DNA from: Blastocystis sp. Blastoise | Taxonomy: Eukaryota > Protista > Bigyra: Opalinata | Reading direction: 5' to 3' | DNA length: 64,000 nt | Assembly: GCA_039096225.1 (NCBI GenBank) | Contig: JBBPEB010000019.1 | Span: 248,001 to 312,000 of the forward strand | Part shown: positions 56,179-64,000 of the stretch, piece after piece | How the letters are laid out: every line of letters starts with the position of its first letter | Position numbering within the stretch: position 1 is the stretch's first letter | Notes under the pieces: model-generated | What the model saw: only the letters and a program-made list of their open reading frames with translations | The model's database searches: none | Told to the model about the DNA's origin: nothing | Position numbers and translations under genes: made by a program

Positions 56179-57772
56179 TATTATATATATATACAGTATC
56201 ATAATAATTTTGATATTTTTTGATTTTCTTTTCACATTCTTTTAAGTCATGTTTTCGGAATGGTGAGATAAGTTCCATATAACCACGGGGAATATCAAAT
56301 GTATAACTATATATATATAAAGAGTAAAATAAGTTATAGTATACAAATGTATATAAGTATATATATATAAATAAATGTATATAAGTATATATAAATAAAT
56401 ATATATACTCAGATTCATTAATATATTCTGATATACAGAAGAGAGAGGCTTCTTTGTCTAATGAATACATGAAATGAGCCGATGTATATCTATAGAAGAG
56501 AGGATAGAAATATAGAGGCATATTATACTTATACTTATTATGATTATGATTATGATTATAATGATTATTATAATGATTATGATTATGATTATATATACCT
56601 TCCGTGTTTAGCTGGCTGAGCTCTGACAAGAGTAACCCCAAGTTGGGGAAAAGACGAGAGATCCATTTCTTTCTTTAACTGACAGGAGTAATTAGGTTTC
56701 TTTAATAATTCATTCATACTTAGAGTATACCTAGTAATAAACTCAGGGGTCTATATATATATATAGTAATAAGGATTAATAATAAACATAATAAAATTAT
56801 TAAACATAATAAACATAATAAATTAATGAAATAAATAAACATAATAAACATAATAAACATAATAAACATAATAATATGATTCATTATATATATGTATATA
56901 TATATGTATATATATACATCTATAGGCATATGTTTTGGTTGTATCACATTGATATCACTCACTTCTTTTAATATAAATAGGAAGTTGACATCCAGGAGCT
57001 TCTTTGGAGGGATGGAAGACGTTATAGATTCTGATTTCTTTGTCAGCATTGATTGTAACTTTCCAGTCAATGTCAACTTCATCTCCTCTTGATTAGGTCG
57101 CATAGGTAGTTCACAAGTAACAGCTACATTATAATGTAATCCTGGGTTAATATTACACATCTCTATTGTATCTGTTACTCCCACCTATATATATATATAA
57201 GAGAATAATTAATATATATATATAAATATAACAATAATATAATAATAAATATAAAAATAAGTATAATTTATACTTCTATCCATTCTTCCCCGCGGGGACC
57301 CCGCTCACTCTCTGTGACATATTGATAATATGTATATATACATATACCCTTCCCAGTAGCGCGATAGGAACCACCAAAAATATATATATCAAAGATACAC
57401 TATATATATATATCAGGATATAGTCTATATATATATATATATACTTGAGAAAGTAGATCTGTACCACACCGATCGGAATCCTTAACATCATCTCCCACGG
57501 GAATCTTAAACTTTTGAAATTGAATAGGATTCCCACGGTAATAACGAAGATCTGAAGCCCCAACCATATCTATATTGATTACTGATTTTGATTCTTTTAA
57601 TAATGGAAGATTATCAGAACTTGAATTATTGTTTTTGGATGAATCAGATATTAATAATTGGGAATTCAAATCATTCCTATATATATATTTGGATAAACAA
57701 TAATTTAGAAGCAAAAAAATGAAAAATAAAAAAAAAATGAAAAATAAATAACAATAATAAAAATAATAAACA

Positions 57773-57842
<70 letters not shown>

Positions 57843-58216
57843 CATTTGTTCATCAAGAGTTAGGGATGATTGATAGGAGTGAATAGCTCTGCAGGGATTG
57901 AGAGAAGACTGTGAAGATAGGGGATATATTATATAGTATACATATTATATATAACTGAAAAAATACAGAATAATATATATATATATAATTGAAAAAAAAA
58001 TAGAATAATAAATATATATATATACATCTTTGTGCCACATCATGAGGAGAACGGATATATAATTGAAGGAGAAAGGAAGAAGATGGAAGCATATAAATAC
58101 TAACCAAATAACAAGAGAGAAATGAAAAAATATATTACTATATATATATATATATATAGAATGAATTAATAATAATAGTATTAGAATAAGTTTCTTAAAT
58201 GTTTATTATAATAATA

Positions 58217-58276
<60 letters not shown>

Positions 58277-59481
58277 TCGAGAGCATAGAAGAGATATATA
58301 ATAAGATTAAGGACACATAAGGACATAGATATAGTTATTGTAGTCACTTGGCGTAATATTATCATTCGATTCTATATATAATAGTGATAATAAATTAATA
58401 AACATAATAAATATATAAATATAATAAACATAATAATGATAATAAATGTTATAAAAATTATAAACATTATAAACATAATATATATATATATATATGTACC
58501 TCAAGTTGTTTTCCTTCTGCTATAGTAAGTAATCTAGAACATAATATAGAGGAAAATCCTAAAAACATAACTGAAATTAACGTAATCACAAGGATATAAA
58601 TCCATTCTGGAACACTAATATGTACATAATCTACAAATATAACATCCTATAGAGTATATAGAATTCATTAAGATATGTTGAAATAAAAATTAAATTAAAA
58701 ATTAAAAAAAAAAAATAAATAATAAATTATTATTATTATTATTATATATACTTGATTAAAAACAAGATAGGCTAATACTGCATATAGACTCCAAGTCAAT
58801 AGAATTAAAGTACAATAAATATATTTCAATAATCCTGTTCCTTTCTTTGTTATTACAAATAAAAACCTATAAATATTTATATATATATTTACATAAAGAA
58901 TAAATAGAATCGAAGAAACAACTTCTATAATATTATTATATTATGATTTATATACTTAGACCAGTATAGAATGACTGTAAGTAATGTAGAAATATCAAAT
59001 GTATTCTCAAGACCAAAAAAAAGAAACCTAAAAAATAATAATAATAACTAGAAATTTAAAAATATCACAAAATAGGAATCATTAAGAAATCAGATCTCAA
59101 AATTTTTTTCACAGACATGAAATAAAATATAATGATTTACTTTACGAATCCACTATAATCTGATTGAAAATTGATAATGAGATTAATGAGTCCTAAAACA
59201 CATCGTATTGAAATAAATGCATAGAACCTATAGAGTCATTGAGACAAGAAACAATATATATAATAATAAAGGTTAAATACAGTCTTTTGATCGTTACAGG
59301 AAACAATTTTTGTTTATAAAACCGAACCTATTAAATAATACATCGTAACAACATAAGGATATACAACTGCAACTACAAAGCATATTATGAACACTGAAGA
59401 TCCAAAACAAACACTTAGCAATTTATTTAAAGCGTCATTGTTTGTATCTGATATGAGAGTTGATTCTGAAAGATATACCAT
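53698..59481 (-). CDS. Seven-transmembrane domain, C2 domain and inositol polyphosphate 4-phosphatase fusion (GPCR-INPP-like)
   Basis: The 5' exons splice in frame to give 7 hydrophobic helices, then C2-like WIEVGVTDTIEMCNINP, RLDICFSQALS, catalytic CKSGKDRT (54345-54368), GVRLENTRKNTG and RAPRGTEG; TAA at 53698-53700. Confidence 0.85.
53790..54030. repeat. About 36-bp minisatellite in the last intron of the INPP4 gene
   Basis: About 6 copies of TATATATATAAGAATAAAGTGATAAAAATATCAATA. Confidence 0.9.
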
Positions 59482-60717
59482 TCTTCTTGATTTGTATATA
59501 ACAAGTTATAGTATATGAAAATATATAAAGAGAGGGTTATCCTTAGAAGTATTGTAGGAAAACAACAACACAATCGCGATAATATTGTTTTTTGTCTTCA
59601 TTTCCATTTAATAAACATGGGAATTCTAAATGAGTTTTGTGTTTTTTTAAATTTCTTTAAACTTCTGTGAAAAGCCAGTTATGTGTTTCAATCCCAATTT
59701 ACAGTTGTATTGATAAAAACTGTTTGAAAAGAATTCTTCAGGTGAATTTGAAACGTGATTGTTTATCAATATGAGATGTTGTCGTTACTTTATTTGATTA
59801 TTCTTTGCATTTTTTTCCATGAGTCCCCGTACCTTTAGAAACTAGCGCACACAAACAAAAAAAAACATGAGACTTATGGAGATAACACTGTAAAGAAAAA
59901 GCTATTAATCAAGTATCAACAGACTACTGACAAATTTCATTAATAACAATTCCATTTTATTACGTGATAATGTGTGTCGAAGTTCATTTGATATGTACTA
60001 AGCATTCTCACAATTTTTTAATGATAATAAAATCTTTTGTTACGCACTGACAAGAGTATTTGACAAAATATAGCTAATGAATAGTTGAGTGTCTTCAAAT
60101 CATGCATATACATCAAAAACTGGTAAGATTTAGTCAGAAAAGAGACGGAGAAGTCAAAATGAATAACTATCAACAAAAAACTTTGTTTGTTTTTAGTAAA
60201 TAGTTTTTAGTAATTTTTGATCAACTAGGAATTCAGAAGAATTGGCGAAGCTACTTGTTGATTGAATGAACGAGTTATAATAATCAAATGAAAAGAATAG
60301 TATCTCAAATATATCATTTTGATTTGCTAATCATAAATTGGTTCGCCAGTATTCTCTCTTGTTTTCAATTAACTTTTTTCACTGTGTTTTCAAAGTTACA
60401 TTAATAAACCTAATGTAGAGAGCCTTCCCAAAAGAGACTTTTCTTGAAACGATTTTTCGCATAAGTCCTCAGAAAGAGCTAGTTTCTTGCTTTTTTTCCC
60501 CCATCATCAGAGTCTATATGACAGACCCTATTTTCATATGATGATGTGTTCCAATTTGTAAAAGCAAATGATTTTTAAACAAATATATAATCTTTTTTGC
60601 TCCCATTGAAGTGGCTTCGTTCTTTTATTATATATCTTATATCTGAACGGTAAAGAAAAGTTTTTTAAAGGAACTAATATATTTATTTTGTAATTCATTT
60701 CACATTTTTATTTGATT

Positions 60718-61674
60718 ATGGAAAATATAATGGAGTCATTATCAAACTCAAACAAGTATTTGAGCAATTTATTATCTTTGAAGATTTATTGAATTAACTC
60801 TTAATACCCTCTAGACAATCTGATGGTACTGATAGTTCTCAAACAAGTTCCTCTTCAGAAAATAATACATCATCAAGGTATGTGAATGATAATTTAGTTG
60901 CAATGATTGAAGAGTCTTGCTAAGTAGAACTATATTTATTGCTTTTTTTTTATATAGTTACAGTCTTTTTTCTGTGACACAGTTGTATTTATCAAAGCCT
61001 GTTGATCTACAAAGGATATATCACAGTTGTAGTAATGAAAACGTTTCTTATTATGTTTATGGAACAACTTTTGTTTATGTGTATATTATTACGTTTTTAA
61101 TTTATTTTTTTTTAACTCTAATAAATGTGTTTATATATATATTTATAGATGTGATTCAACTGATTCTTCGGATGCTCTAGGAAAAAATGTTTATATAACT
61201 GATGATGAAGATGAAGTATATATATAATTAAAAAAGACTATTTATCAAATATGGTTATTTCTATATTATTATTATGAATAAAATTTATTGGTTATATATA
61301 TCTATAAAGGAATTATATGCATGTACGGTTGTATGGAGTCCATTAGATGTCCCGTGGTTAATTCTTGGCGGGAAATTGGGTATTATATATATTATGGATA
61401 TAATATCACCTCATAAAGTGAGAGTATATATTTATATATTTATATTTGTTATATAGTTATTTTATAATAAATGAAAATATTTATTTATGTTCTTATTGAA
61501 TTACTAGTTTTAATATATATATATTATTTTTTTAATAGTTGATATATTATTAATATAAATATATATATAGAAATTTAAGGCACATTCAGGTCCAATTTGT
61601 GATATTCAGTCCGCTTTAACGAAATTCTCTTGTTTTGTGAGTGTATATATTATATATTATTGATTATAAGAATA

Positions 61675-61720
<46 letters not shown>

Positions 61721-62131
61721 TTGTGGGAATGGTGAAGTGAAGTTATATAATGCTTTCTCTCAACATTGTGTCGCCTTATTAAATGTCACTTATAAAGATA
61801 ACTCCTTCAAACCATCTTCTATTGTATATATTAACAATATTATTATATATATTCATGATATTTTATATAATAATATTAATATTATTATATATATTAATGA
61901 TATTTAATATAATAATATTAATATTATTATATATATTAATGATATTTAATATAATAATAATAATATATATATATATTTCTCTATTTTCTTCTTCTTCTAT
62001 CTCTTCTCTCCCTAGAGTGTGAATGAGGATGATTATAGAATAGCTATAGCAGGAGGGAATCATAACTTATATATATTCACATTAGTGGATAAGACACTTT
62101 CTGATATTATTGATAATTCTTATGAAGTATA

Positions 62132-62229
<98 letters not shown>

Positions 62230-63220
62230 TGATATTACAGGTGAACCCTATAGTATGAACCCAATTTGTGTAGCTTCTGTATATATATATATATAGTTAT
62301 ATATATTTTTATATAGAGATTTATATTGTTTTATGAAATATATATATATATATATATAGTTGTCAAAACCGATTTATCAGGTCATGTGGTATAATTTGTG
62401 TCTCATTCTTCGAACTTCTTTTAATACTATAGGATATTATTACTTGCGTATGTATGAGGACACCCCTTCTCTCTGTTATGCATATACACTTGATTTCTAC
62501 GATAAGAGTGAATACCCTAACGATTATATAAGTACACCTATATACTTTAACTCCAAGAAGGAAATTATATATGCTGGTATATATATATATATAATATATA
62601 TATATATATAATAATTACTATATTATAATAATTATGATATATATTTTGAGTTTATGTTGATACTTATTGTTATATAACTTACTATATATATATATATATA
62701 GGCACAAATACAGGTAATATTTGTGCCTGGAGTCCTAGTCATTCGGATGGGTCGATGAGGTATATTATTAAATATCCACAAGAAACACTACCTAATACTC
62801 TTATTGTATATATATATATAGTTATATTATATTATATACTTTTATAGAATCATTGTTATACATAATATATACTAATATAATCATTATTATACATAAACAT
62901 ACTTATATATAATCATTATTATACAAACATACTTATATATAATCATTATTATACATAAATATACTTATATATAATCATTTTTATACATAAATATACTTAT
63001 ATATAATCATTATTATACATAAATATACTTATATATAATCATTTTTATACATAAATATACTTATATATAATCATTATTATATATATAGCCTTATTCTTGT
63101 AGACCTATTATAAATATTCTCTTTAATGAAGAATATAATATAGTGTCTTGCTTACAGGACAATGGAACATTATGGAAATGGCGCCAAGAAAAGCCCGCCA
63201 ACTCAAGTGAACCCATATAA
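60718..63220 (+). CDS. Divergent WD40 protein, EED/ESC/FIE-like
   Basis: DEDEELYACTVVW..PWLILGGKLGIIYIMD..AHSGPICDI..EVKLYN..HCVALL parallels the EED/FIE pattern. Later IYAGTNTGNICAW and DNGTLWKW. About 10 GT-AG exons. Confidence 0.65.
62877..63085. repeat. About 31-bp minisatellite in the last intron of the WD40 gene
   Basis: About 6-7 copies of ATAATCATTATTATACATAAATATACTTATAT. Confidence 0.9.
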
Positions 63221-63241
63221 GTCATCCAATCATTAATTATC

Positions 63242-63291
<50 letters not shown>

Positions 63292-64000
63292 CTATTATTT
63301 ATTTTTCATTTATTTTTGTATATCTTTATTTGTTATATATATACTTTAATAAGAATAACTTTCAAGTGTATTTTTATGAATATATAATCTTTGCTCATTT
63401 TTCAACGTCTTTTCTTTTATCTTTATTAAAATAGAAATAATATATATATTAATAAATAATATAGTATTCAAAAGAATTATTTTTATTTTCTTATATTATA
63501 CCTATATATTATTTTCTTCTCTTTTTGTTATTCCTATATATATTTATATATTATAGAATAACCTTTCATTATCACCTGCTTTCATTTATTTTTCTCATTC
63601 ATTTTTTATGGAGTAATATTGTTATTAATGTGAATATATTTATAAAGTTTATATTTCTTTTTTGAAAGATCCTATATATATATATATATTCATATTTTAT
63701 GTATATTCTTTTCTGTAATTCAAACTATTATTATTACTCCTACTAATTAAGAATTCATTTTTTAATGTAAATATTATTTAATACTATCTATTCTTATCAA
63801 ATAGAGTTTCTATTTTCTTTTCATATATGTATATTTATTCACGATAATTATATGAACTACTCTAAAGGATTAAGAAAATATATATGTTTAGATGAACCAT
63901 CTATATAATTCCTATTTCCATGACAATTCTCTTTATTATTATTGAACAAACTTTTTAGTTTTTATCAAAACTAGAGTCTTTTTATCTCTTTTAAATAAAT

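Noticed and set aside
59328-59364. ATATCCTT near an intron start, suggesting a second U12 AT-AC intron
   Set aside because: The GTATAT donor 2 nt upstream with the AG at 59328 gives an in-frame GT-AG intron, so no AC acceptor is needed.

Overview
This is very AT-rich (roughly 20% GC, estimated by eye), intron-rich eukaryotic DNA, so most short ORFs in the track are exon fragments or microsatellite artefacts. I spliced the exons by hand into 17 protein-coding genes: MFS permease, RNA polymerase I subunit RPA2, WW-SH3-MyTH4-PH-RhoGAP, MORN-repeat protein, 2-Cys peroxiredoxin, an orphan type-I membrane protein, Mei2-like RRM protein, a UBZ-finger low-complexity protein, glucose-6-phosphate isomerase, FCP1-like CTD phosphatase, eIF3j, a nucleolin/Nsr1-like RRM protein, ING-PHD, a zf-MYND/prefoldin fusion, quinolinate synthase with a mitochondrial-type presequence, a 7TM-C2-INPP4 fusion and an EED/FIE-like WD40 protein. 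Gene content, a U12 intron and a TGTTTGTT motif just after a stop codon suggest a Blastocystis-like stramenopile (inference). The main findings are: (1) a GC-rich quasi-palindrome, TTCCC(A/G)CGGG(G)AA, strongly over-represented in both promoters and coding exons; (2) a seven-transmembrane receptor-like domain fused in frame to an inositol polyphosphate 4-phosphatase; (3) a clear AT-AC minor-spliceosome intron in RPA2; (4) a MYND-prefoldin fusion; (5) three obligatory introns lacking a canonical splice dinucleotide, where the intron end copies the adjacent exon (biology or polishing artefact); (6) introns bracketed by (TA)n arrays. I saw no tRNA, rRNA, CRISPR array or transposase.
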